Assembly (NCBI GenBank): GCA_000182565.2
Contig: KQ257463.1
Length of the DNA stretch: 64,000 nucleotides
Origin: Spizellomyces punctatus DAOM BR117
Taxonomy: Eukaryota
Reading direction: 5' to 3' (one strand)
Part shown: positions 48,732-60,323 of the stretch, piece by piece
Numbering within the stretch: position 1 is the first letter of the stretch
Layout: every line of letters begins with the position of its first letter
Made by a program: the position numbers and the translations under genes
Notes under the pieces: generated by a model
Seen by the model: only the letters and a program-made list of their open reading frames with translations
Told to the model about the DNA's origin: nothing
Database searches by the model: none

Positions 48732-49048
48732 GCTTGCAGTCTTAGCTCTCCCGTTTCAATATAGTAATTGCGTTAAAGAAAATACATCTGTAGTGTAAGG
48801 CCTGGCCTGCCCACGGTTAGCAGCAGTTGGCCCATCAGGGGCCTCATGTGGGGATATCAGGCAATTAAAACTCGTAAAGCCTGCTTTAATCTTACCCTTA
48901 AAGCAGCCAGCAGGATAATTCTCACACGGCCGTCGGACATTCCACAGCTTATTTGGTGCATAAGCGGACTTGTAAACTCTGCGTTGTGCAAACTTGGATC
49001 ATCAGATATCACTGCTTGACGCTTTCACCTCAGTTCTCCCGGGAAATT

Positions 49049-51461
49049 ATGTCGGACAAGCTGGGTGGCAAAACACAACTAGGCCCCAGCACACCAGAGT
49101 TCGGTGCACTAGAATATGAACTCCAGCTAGCTCTTGGCGCAAGCACGGCCCGCATAGTTGCAGCTCATTCTCTGTCAAATCCGCATTTAAACGTGCAATT
49201 CGAAAAACGATGCAAGGTGAGATTCCATATCTGATATTCTGGGTACTGGCTAGTAAGCTGAACTCATAACGATGCGTATCCGGATGAACGACTGGCTGTA
49301 GGACATGCTCGTTCTATCCTCGTGGTTGGACGCCTCACAATTGGCAGGTGTGAACACGGAGGACGATGTCATTCGCCGAGGATTCCAATTCCCCCCTGCA
49401 CAGCAAGGCATGAAGTTTTCAGTTGGCTCGCTGGCTGGTAAAGGTGTGTTGAAAGGTAACAACGGATTCTGGAATGGCAGCGGAGCTCATTGGAATTCAA
49501 CTGAAATGACGACGTGACGCTCCCATGCACAGATCGAAAAGGTGAAGGCAGGACCCTGCGCAAGGCATTGTTGTGCCGAGTGGGTGTCGGGCGAGCTTAT
49601 GTGGCGGATGAAGCAACGGCTGAAGCCAGCCCCATTCCTAATGGTTATGATAGTTTCTACTTGAGAGGTACGGCAAATCTCATTACGTAACGTCGGAGCT
49701 GCTCTGAATCAACGAAAAGCAGAACAGTCTGCCCCACGGGATGGGAAAAAATCGCTGGACGAATACCATCACGAATACTACATAAAAGATACCGCACAGG
49801 TATTTATAAGACAATCTTTGCATAACAAGGGAACTTTCATCAGTCTCATGCGTCATGTCGATCTAGGTCGTACCCGTGTATCTAGTCCACTACGACTTTG
49901 ATTTCAACAAGGAAAGACAGTCGCGAGAGGTGATTAAACTTGAAGCATGAGTATCTATGTTTATAACAAAGTTTCTCATTTCAATTATTGGATTGCACCA
50001 GAAAGCAAAATGTGACAACTGTGAAGAAGAACATGCCACTGTTTTCTGTAACGCCGATGCCGCAAACCTTTGCAACAAATGTGATTCACAACTCCACGTT
50101 TCTAAGCTAGCCAGTCGCCATGTTCGCACACCGATCGGAAAGGTACGAGTTCGTGATTGAGCTAAGAATTGGCACCGACTTGCTTATTCTGATTATAGAT
50201 ATCTGATATACTTAGGGATCAGACGTCTTCGGTCATTGCCGTCACCATCCCGAGAAGCTCATTGAATTCTTTTGTTCTCAATGCCATATCCCTGTCTGTG
50301 TTTTTTGCAAGATGGTAGGAAACCACGCGAATGGCGAAGCAGCCAAGCATCAGCTTGTTAGCGTGGCAGAAGCGTACACAACTGTTTTACAGGAAGCACA
50401 GACGGTACGAAGCTTCTCAAGCGCTTTTGCAGGAGGAATTCTGTGTGACTGAGATCCAAACTTTAGCATGACCCTATTCTCCAAACCCGCCGCACGGAAA
50501 TCAATAACCAAATAGCTGCAGTCAACTCGCGAGCTAAAGCAGTTGAAAAAATGGGATCACAGATCGAAGCCCAAATCGAAGAGATGTACAAACGAGCGAT
50601 GAAGGACCTGAAGAACATCGTCCAAAAGAAGGTATCTCTTCTCCGTGCGCTTCTTCTTGTGTGAATCGTCAGGTGTCGTGACCTTCCAAACTCTCGGTGC
50701 AGCTTATCGTACTCCTCGGCGATGAACTAGAGCTCGCCCGGCAATTAGCCGAAATAGACCGACTGGAAGATTTCCTGAAATATCAACAAGAAGGCGACGC
50801 AACCACCTTCTTGTTCAACTGGTCGAAACACCAGCAATGCCGTGCCAATCTGCATGATTTTAGATTTTTTCGGAATGAGATCGACGTTCAGCTGGATGCA
50901 AAGGTTGGGACGCTATATCCCTGTTGGTTCCAAACGTGCATGGCGGCTTATGAATATTATGTTAGGTCACAGGAAATATCAGTGTAATCATTGATCATGA
51001 CCGACCGGCTGTAACTGGGGGGGATGGACCACATGGAGGCAAGAAACATGGCAAAGGAGCGAGCACTATAGGACCTGCAGGCGGTTTGGTATGTGCCGAC
51101 ATCACTTTGGAAATGTGCAACCAAAGCATTAATGTTCAGGAAATCAGGCGGGTAGTTTTGGAATGGGAATGCCCCGCAGTAAATTGCAAGAACGTCGGGT
51201 ACACAGAAGGATATCGGTGAGGAGATACTGTCCCGTTGCAGTTGCTTGAAGCCACTAATCTTTGCCGCACGATTTTGCGTTCGTAGGACTTCTTTGCAGA
51301 AACTCTGGGAAGTTTTGATCAGATAAGCACATCTCGGGTTGAGGACGATGCCGATCGTGAGTGCTTGCGCATGCGACAAGAATTTCCCGTTAGCTCATAC
51401 TAAAGTTCTGTTTCAATTCATAGGATTTTCTCAGATGTCCACGGCAGCTGAAACCTTTTGA
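49049..51461 (+). CDS. Protein with ADP-ribosyltransferase/PARP-like N-domain, two B-box zinc fingers and a coiled coil
   Basis: LLCRVGVGRAY...PNGYDSFY...HEYYIKDTAQVVPVYLVHYD; B-box 1 CDNC..ATVFCNADAANLCNKCDSQLH..RHVR; B-box 2 CRHH..FFCSQCHIPVCVFC..NH..HQL. 3' end approximate. Confidence 0.8.
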
Positions 51462-51514
51462 TTAGATGTATATTATAGAGACAGCATCCGTAAGGGTATA
51501 GAAATGCATCGATG

Positions 51515-53264
51515 TCAACCCATTATGACCTTCCCCTTTTTCATCCGCTTGCTTTGGGCTTTCTTCGCCTGCTTCTTACGCTCTCGCTCTTCATATTTTC
51601 TTTGCGCCTCGGGACTAAGTTTCGCTGCTTGCTCGTCTCTCTCCTTCTTCTCCTGAATTTTCTTCTGCGCTAGCGTCTGTAGTCAAGGATGTAGTTGTAA
51701 GGCCATGTCGTCCAAAAAAGCTTAGCAACAGAACCCACCATTTTCCGCTCGTCCTCTTGCGATCTGAGGATAACTTGCTCGGCAGCTTGGCGCAGTCTTA
51801 CCAACTTCGCCTTGGCCTCAGCAGTGACACTTCCAAATTGACCAATGTAATCCACCATGTCGATAAGCAATTCAGTTACACTCGTGATAGCATCCCGATG
51901 CTTAGCATTCAGGTTTGCCAGATTGGGTAGACGTAGAACAAACGTCAAAGTCTTTGGCGCCTCGCGCAACTCTTCCGGTCTGACAAGTGAACCACGGTTA
52001 CGATCCTCCTCATATGAAAGAAGACAGAACATCAACCCTCACTTAGTTGGCTTCGTTTTGGGCAAGTCGGTCAAAATAATCTGCTCAAGCATTGGCGGCT
52101 GCAATTGTTCCCCTTTCCCATTCTGATCTAGCCCAAGCGAACCCCATAGCTTTTCTCGTATGCGCTCCTCGTCCCAGAGATTAGTAACAAACTCGCCAGT
52201 GTCAGCCATAATAGTATATTCTTTCGGGGCCGGTGGCTGACGAATTCCAACATCACGGCGCTTGGAAAACTCGCTCTAGAATGTACGCGCCATAAGTCAT
52301 GAACATCAGCTGCTCTGTTGTGCCTCTACTCGGAACACACCAAATCCCATCGTTCCTTGATGACAGAGTTCGCTAGATTCTTGTGAAGGATGGCAAACAC
52401 TGTTGGATCTGACTCTTTTTCATTCAAAGTAACAGTAAAGGTCTACGGAAGGAATTTTCATTAAGGCACTGTAAATATCAGAACGCAAGAACGAGATCCC
52501 CCTTTCCAGACCCCGCAACGAGTAGCGAACTGCTCACCATTTTGTCATACGCCTGTTGAGGTTGCAGGTAATCCAGAATCAACTGCAGAATATCGTACCT
52601 GCCTGCAAGCTATAGTATATGGAATCAGTTATAGCCGAGAGCCTATCCAATGATAGGTCACGCAGGCACTGACATGAAGACTGCCGTACACATGTTTTAC
52701 ATGTGCTCTTCCAGTGGCATAGAAAATGTAGTCGCGAGGACCATCACGAATGAGCTTGTGACCTCCTTCGTCTCCAACTTGCGCAAAGTTTCTTTCCCAG
52801 ATGGGCAGTGTTATTCTCATCCTACGTATACGTTAGCCACATCTCACTTATTGAAAGTTGCGAGACATGTTCGACATAAGGACATTACCAATTGCGCGCA
52901 ATCTGGTTATTTCTTCTTCTGCCATATAAGTATGATATAACATAAAGAACAAGTCCGCCAAGAATGAGGGCTTCGACCTGAAGATGTCGTCAGCCCAAAC
53001 GCAATACCGAAGCGAACGGTATCGATATCACGAAAAACCCACCTGAAAATCCCAGAAGTTGAGCTGACTCCACTGAATGGACTTTTTCCCATCGGATTTC
53101 GGCGTTTCGTTTCCAAGAACAGTCTGATAGCGACCAGTTCCGGGAGTTGGTCGCGACTCTACCACGTCCTCGTCGTCCTCAAACTCATCCTCGGCGTCAG
53201 CGCGAACCGATATTATGGCCAAGCAAATAAGTAACAGGACCAAGAAATAGCGCACAGCCCGCAT
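51515..53264 (-). CDS. CCDC47: PAT complex subunit CCDC47 (DUF1682)
   Basis: Signal peptide, acidic stretch, one TM, NFAQVG..KLIRDGPRDYIFYATGR and a K/E/R-rich C-terminal coiled coil (LSPEAQRKYEERER). Confidence 0.85.
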
Positions 53265-53534
53265 GGTTCAAGCCAGTATACGACCAAACGAAAAGGACGC
53301 AGGGTTACGCTTGCCCAGATCGAGTGATGATCACTGAACGATGTTGGGGTGGTAAACTAGGTTTTGCTGGTAAGTTGCTTGTTGCCATAGAATTTGCTGT
53401 TACACAGCCTTATCGCGCTTTCTCCGCTCCGCCCGCTCCGTTTGCTGTTTGCTCGCTGGTATTCTGGCCGGCCCTCCACTTCGACACCAACAAGACCTCA
53501 TCTCTGGAGACTTGCAGGACACTAAGCTTCAAAC

Positions 53535-54232
53535 ATGGCATGGTACTATTATATTGGCACTATGCTCGGCGGGTTGGTATATTTTTGTTATAAGGGCAAA
53601 TTTCTTACTTGTGCTAACGACGATATTGATCTATAGAAATGTCATGCGCCCTGGAAAAACTGGCTTCGATCAGGACGCTCTTGTTAGTTACGCCTTTCAC
53701 GGAATCATGTTCTGGGCTCTCTTCATGTATCTGGGTTACATTGAGCAATCCGTGGAATCACAGACCCAATTGGTGACTGGGTTCTTGACGGTCATTTTTG
53801 CCTGGTTCTTGTTATCATATGCATTCGGATTATGGCAATTAAGAAAGGGGCAGACGAAGATGGATCCAGAGCCGACAACTCGGTAAGTTATCATTATTGA
53901 AGATCGTAAGGCAATGATGCTGAAGGATGCGGATTCCTTGCAGGGCCTGGACTGGTGGACCTCATCTAACCCCCGGCCAACGAGGCCTTCGGGAGGGTCT
54001 CAGTCACCTAATGGGATTCACGACCGCATGGGGTAACGCAGACTTGAAGCTAATTGCAGGCTTCCTTGTGGCATTCGTTGCGGTGACCTTTGGGTTTTGG
54101 AAGATAGAGCAAGAGAAGGAACGGGAAATGGAGGAAATCATCAAACAGGCTCAGACACAGCCAGCTGAAGAGAGCACGCCAGACAGAGGGGACACAAAGG
54201 GTCCCCAGAGCAAGAAGGGGAAGAAAGAATAA
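53535..54232 (+). CDS. Small hypothetical multi-pass membrane protein with Lys-rich C-terminus
   Basis: MAWYYYIGTMLGG splices in frame to NVMRPG and then hydrophobic helices. Ends KKGKKE, resembling an ER-retrieval signal. Divergent from CCDC47. Confidence 0.7.
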
Positions 54233-54411
54233 GCGTACTTAGAATCCATAGAGCGCAGATAGTCTTCCTAGTGTATTGGGCAGGTCCCATTCCGTAACAA
54301 TACGATTCTTTGATATTTATAGTCTTTAGGCAGCTATGACTGCCTAGTACCAAGTCTTTGTGCCAATGCAAAAAAGCCATACTCGTACTGAACTTTGATT
54401 TGTTGATGTCA

Positions 54412-57400
54412 TTACTGCAGATCTTCTACATTCCCATTATTAACAAAATGTTCAGCGTTCATAATCCTTTGGTTTATCAGACATTGCACCACCCACTGAA
54501 TTCAATAGAACATAGGAAGATATCAGCAAAACTGTCAAACTGTCTTATTGAAGCGAACCCATAAAATACCTCAGTAGATACTATCGGTGCATCGGTCCAT
54601 TTCGAGAAGGCTGCTTTTTCTGTTTCTGGTATTATGTTCTGGCAAACCACGTAGTGGCATTTGCGTTTGAGCAGCTTCTTTGAAACAATCGTGGCACCTC
54701 CTGCCGTCAGAATATCTTGCCAGTCAGAGCGAAAGGTGTCATTTGCTGCCCAAACTGCAATCGAGTTTGATATATGTGTGTTCAAGAAATAAATAGGAAA
54801 AAGTCAAATCAAGTCAGTATGTCAAGCGCTACTCTCTAGTGACTAACCATAAATGTGAAGATCATGGAAGACGCCATTCATGGGACTTTTAACACTTGAC
54901 CACTGATACAAAAACCATCAGATCGTCAACACGTAACATCGACAAAGGTCGGTCCGCAACTTACATGATTCAGCTCCAGGGAAAACCCATTGCACAGCTG
55001 ATACTTCTCATATTCTTGGAGGACATTCTGTCGGCGATCACCTCGGTAAGATTCCCCACTGCAGGTCGAAAATTTGCATACTTACCTCTAAACATGCATG
55101 GCGAATCCTTCACGACAAAGATTAATCGACGTCGTTTTTAATCTGAGCTTTGTTGGTCACCCACCATGCGTAAGAAACTACAGGGACACCTAGACCCAGT
55201 GCACAAAGGTATTTCTTTGTCCGCAGAGGTTTCGAGGCAACTAACAGGATGATCGGCGGACTTGAGTTTCTTCGCTTCCGCCCCTCGAACACTTGAGAGA
55301 AGTCGTCGAAAACGCTTCCGCCGCCTTCTTCAATTTGTTGCGTCACGTATAATCGCTCTGTGGCAGAGATCAAACGATTGATCAGAACCTGTAATACAGC
55401 AAATCGGGACCATGGCTGCAGTATACCATCCCGCCCAGCGTTCGTTCCAAAAGTAGCAGTCAACAATATCCCAAATCCACGAAATATGCGTGTGTTGGTT
55501 GCCAATGGGCCAAAGATTTTGACAAGCTCCTGAATCGGTTGAGCCGCGGCTACTTCCCTTTTCTTCATAGTACGTTCCTCATTTTCGCGGAATAGTTGCT
55601 CACTCATCGCAATCTTGGATAGTGAGACCTGCTTCATACCCTTTTTGGTGCGAGGATGGGACTCAAATCTGAGCTGGAAAAGTTGAAATTCCTGTATTGT
55701 CTCCAGTACATGGGCGACACGGAATGTGTGAGCAGAGTACGGGGCAAGGCATTTGTCGCCAGGAGCGAGTTTGAGCAAACGCATTTGTTGGGATTCAACC
55801 AAGGCTTCGTCCCCTACGCAAAAGTACATTAGCCCCAAATGGCATCTCAGTCTGCGGATTTGGGCGTAAATCACGCACCATCTTCAAAAGAGACCATGTA
55901 CTTGGTGGTCTGACCAAACCGCGAGTTAATGATCGCCTGTGCGAGGTGGATAGTTCAACAGCCCGCCGCTGGAGATTTATTGTAGCGAACGCCATATCCC
56001 GCTACGTACCGCATAAAATAAATTATCATCCCACAAAGCCCACACTCGGTCTCCAGTCTCAAATTCTCTGGCATTTTCCACGCCGTTGGGTTTGCCGCAG
56101 TCCTTACTTCGGCTTTTTTGTCGACTAGACGCTACCGGCTGCCCCTTGCGCCGTCCGCCAGATTTTTCCACATAATCCTGGTCCCTGTCGTCATCACACT
56201 CTGATGAACTCTGGCTATCAGATTCATAATACACTGGACGATTCTTCACCCGTTTCGGTTGTGATCCGTCGCTCTTTACTCCTGGCGAGGGGCGCGACAC
56301 TTCTGGAGTTGTAGATCCTCGCGTCATGTTGTCTTCTCGAGTAGAAGGCGGCAAGGACGCCCGCGGGAGCTTTTGCTTAAGTTTCCAACGCTTGCCACAT
56401 TTACAGCACAAGGAAGCCTGTCCCTTTGGACCATTTCGCCAGGCTGTTGTAACGGTGGTCCCACATTCAGTACACACACGATCAGATGTATTTGGCTGCA
56501 TTTGCGTGAAGGAAGGAGAAGATGACCCTATATGCCCTTGAGAGGAGGCCGTCGAAATAGGTCGTATAGGTGAGGACACTACCGGAGGGACCTGTGCGCG
56601 TGCTGGCGAGCTCATTTCAATTTCATTGACTTCGGTTCGATGCCTGTTCCTTATTGCATTCTCCGTCCGTGCAACTGTGGCACATTCTTCCCAAGATCGC
56701 TCGTGTAGAGGCATCTTTAGTTTCCGACGTTTTCGGCGTCCGACATTTTCCTCCTCACTTGTGTCAGCTTTTTGACCAGTGTCACGCTGCAATGGTATGT
56801 AGCGAGGACGCTTTCCAGGTGTGCGCCGAGGAGATCGTCTATCAGATTCAATCTCATGCGCCTCACCATTCTCTCCACGAAGCGGGTCCTCCGAGAAGGC
56901 CAGGAAACGGAATCTGAGCTGCTGAGACGGAGTAGATATCAGAGAATCTATCCCAACCTGTGCAGGACGATTGTCAGACTTTTCGGTTCTGGCTGAGGGA
57001 GGCGATCCCTCTGTTAAAATAGTCACAAAGTTCGTGGAAACACTTTTGAGAGCTTTCTCGCTGTCATTGTGCACAGTACCGACCGTTGGTATCCCTTGAA
57101 CAGGCTGAGACGCCGTTCTCAAAACATCGTCCTGACCAGCTGTCGATTCCGTGCGAGACAAGGGCCTCTGTCTCCCAACACGGCAAGTAAGTCCTCTTCC
57201 AGTTTGGCCCACAGATACATTAGATTCCGACTCTGCTAATTTCCGAACATCTTCAGCTTCCTCTCCAAGATGAAGAAATTCTGTATCTGGCACACTTAAA
57301 AGTTGGGTAGGAGAAGCTTCGTGCTCTAATGGGAAAGGACGCGATTTTCGTCAGTAACGCGTTGTCAGGTCCTAGAAAGCGTGCACCATACCTGTGGTCG

Positions 57401-59303
57401 CACATTGTTGAACCGCATTGCCAATGCCATTGGGGACTGTTTTAATTTTATGAGCTCACGGCGGGGCTGTTCGTACAAACAAAAATCCACTAACCGGCGA
57501 CAAGCCGTAGGGGCCCCAAGCCCTGGCGTTTGCGCATCCTGGCATAACGTTGCTCTGGCGTTCCGTCATGGGAGGATTTGGCCACGCTTCCATCCGACGT
57601 CGGTTGAGGTTGCTTGGAAGGGGTGACTATCTCGTCCTTTTTCTTTGTTGACACATTGGCCGCGAACCCTTCTAGAGGCGAAGGGCTTTGGGCCGTTGCG
57701 CTACCACGGTCTCTCCAGGATGAGACAATTCGGTGGGAGGGGGATGATATGTGAAAGACCGCTTCCGGCGAAGGTCCCTGCGGACTTGGCGAGATATTCT
57801 CACTATCATACACAGCCGAGATTTCATTGACCATCTGAGTGGCATCCTGTGTGTAATGTAAGGATATGCGATTATAAGGCTTTACAAGTTCAGGTGGAAA
57901 GCTTTCTTGAAATTTCGGACCGCTTAGGGGACTTGGTGGAAAGCGAAGGTCAAATGAAACAGCTCTTCTACGCCGGTCTGATACCGACTTCTGCTTGACC
58001 AGCATAGGTTGCGATACGACTCTCCGTAACGTAGGGGCGTCGATTGGTTCATCTCTTTCAGGTGTCCATGGGTTTGCGGTCATTTCTAGGCACTCACTCA
58101 GCGGTCGCATGGTGGCCAAGTGGATTGCTTCCTTCCGTCTCCGTTTTCGAGCATCCCCGCTTGAAAGTGGAGTCATTGCTAGCCGACTCGAGCGTCTTGT
58201 CGGCGTCACATCGGGCGCGTCTATCCGCGGGGGAGTCAGATCTCTACCTCGCTGTCGTTTCCGTCCACGAGAATACCGACCACTACCGCAAGCATTCATG
58301 GTTCTATAGTGTCGTTGTGAGGGCGGCTCACAGTTTAAAATAGGAGTCTTAACCCCATCTAGGACGTGGGTATTCCCCCCTTCATTGGGCTCATCCAGAG
58401 GTTCATGAGCCTCAGGTGTACAGGCCCCTATCTGCTTGACTAGCCAGTCATTGGGGTCCTCTGTTGGAAGACTACCGTTTGCAGGCCCGCATGGGGTACT
58501 TGCTCGCTCCAAAAGGGACGGTAGGTCGCAACCGTCCGGGAAAGATAGTAAATTAAGGTCTTGCTGATTAATAAGCAGTGACGGTACCGGTGCAGCCCTA
58601 GCATTAGGCTTCACGTTGCTTGCGTCTACCAAGTTTATTTGGGATGTAAATTCCGGTATTGAGAGTAGCGCAAGAGATTGAGAATTTTGAACCAATGATG
58701 GTGGGCGGCCATGTGGAAGGTGACTCGCTATAGGTGCTTGGTGTTCTATTTTTAATTGTCGTTGTTCCGATTTCAATGAAATAGCATCGCCCGCACGGCC
58801 GCAGGTTGATGGACCCTGAACGAGTGGGCTTAATCCCAACTGTGGCAGATCAATATCACTTTGAACCTGACTTGAATCGCAGGCACCGTGCTGAGATCTG
58901 TTCAGCATCGTTTTTGCGTTACCCGACAAGAGTAGCAATCCAACGTGCGCGCCGCAAGGCGGGCCGTTTGCACATGTTGGAATAATGATATCTGACGAGG
59001 GGTTCCCATCCAATGACCGCGGGATATCAACGGTGATGGTAAGTGACTCTGGCCCAACATCCCCTGCTTCCAGAGTTCCAATCGTCGGCAAATCTTTTCA
59101 AACCGCAGCAGTGTGAGCTAAAGTTCAGCATATTTTATCGCAAGGAAGTCATTACCATCTATGGCACCACAGTCAACTTGAACAGGAGGACATGGTACTG
59201 TTATAGAAGGCGGCTGCACGGCCCACCTCCATAGCCGTGTCGATCGCTGCAACGCGTCCTGTTGACTTCCTTCGCTGTGGTAAAGGACCTGAACTTCTGG
59301 CAT
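54412..59303 (-). CDS. 53BP1/Crb2/Rad9-like DNA-damage mediator (tandem Tudor + tandem BRCT) with an internal GATA-type zinc finger
   Basis: Tudor GDRVWALWDDNLFY; BRCT IFRGFGILLT...RTKKYLCALGLGVPVVSYAW and EWVVQCL; long S/T/P-rich N-region. Exon chain traced from 59091 to the stop; true start not resolved. Confidence 0.8.
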
Positions 59304-60323
59304 GCAGTTGGGTCGTCAGAGGAGTGTGAGGCGGACATTCGGACAGATCTGGGGTTTGGTAATAAGGCCTAAATAGGATAAATAGATGGGCGCCACATCC
59401 AAGCCCTCCGAAGCACGTCCGGACATTGTTGACAACCGCCATCAATAAACGACGCAACCAAGAGCGTTGTGAAGAATTCGCTAAACACCGCTCACACCGT
59501 GGAGGTATCTGTTGACAATGCGCCTAACTAAAGCGCTGCCCTATTGGAGGTCGGGATAAAATCCTTCTACCATTAGAGCAATGTCAGAGCTCGATATCGC
59601 GAGCAAGTCTGCACAAGAAAGGTTGTGTTTGCTCCCTCCAGTGCAAATTAGGGTTGATTTTGAGAGGCTTCGGCAAATTGTAATAGAAACCAAAAGGCAT
59701 GCAAGCAACAGGGACTGAATACTGGGAATCAAGGTGGACAATATCTGAGCGTATGTGCGACCTCAAGCATTGCCTCTACATGTACAGAGGCTCCTTTGCG
59801 GAAAATATGAAAATCAAGACCGTGAAGTGCTGCTTGCAGCCTTGTGTGAGTAGTGTTTAAGAGGAAGGGACTAAATCAGGAATACCACTCCACCACCATT
59901 GCACCAATATTGGCCCACTGCAATCAAGATTGCAACCACAGAGTTAACGTGACTGATAAGATGTGGGCAGTGACTGTGCGCATTTAAATGAATGAATCCA
60001 TTGCAACCTACTTCTTGTGGGTGCCCATTGAGCAACGGTGGTTGTCAGAAGAATGCAAATGATGAGCGTTTGGAGAGAGTGCGTTGGGAGTGAAATCGTA
60101 CTTCGGTGCGAGTTTCACTATGTGGTCCGTGGGATTTGAGTCCTTAATTATGTGCCTGCATGCTGGGTTAAGCGAACCTAGGCACACACATAATCTTGAG
60201 CCCACTACAGTATTCACCATGGTGTGGCGCAGGACGGCAGTGGCTTGGCAATGACAAAGTATTTTTTTTTTGTCGACAACCACTATTTATTCGCGTTCTC
60301 CCTCTGCGACAACCTTGGCTGAA

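Noticed and set aside
59460..60283. Short minus-strand ORFs upstream of the 53BP1-like gene
   Set aside because: They may be 5' exons, but I could not build a frame-consistent chain or recognise a domain.
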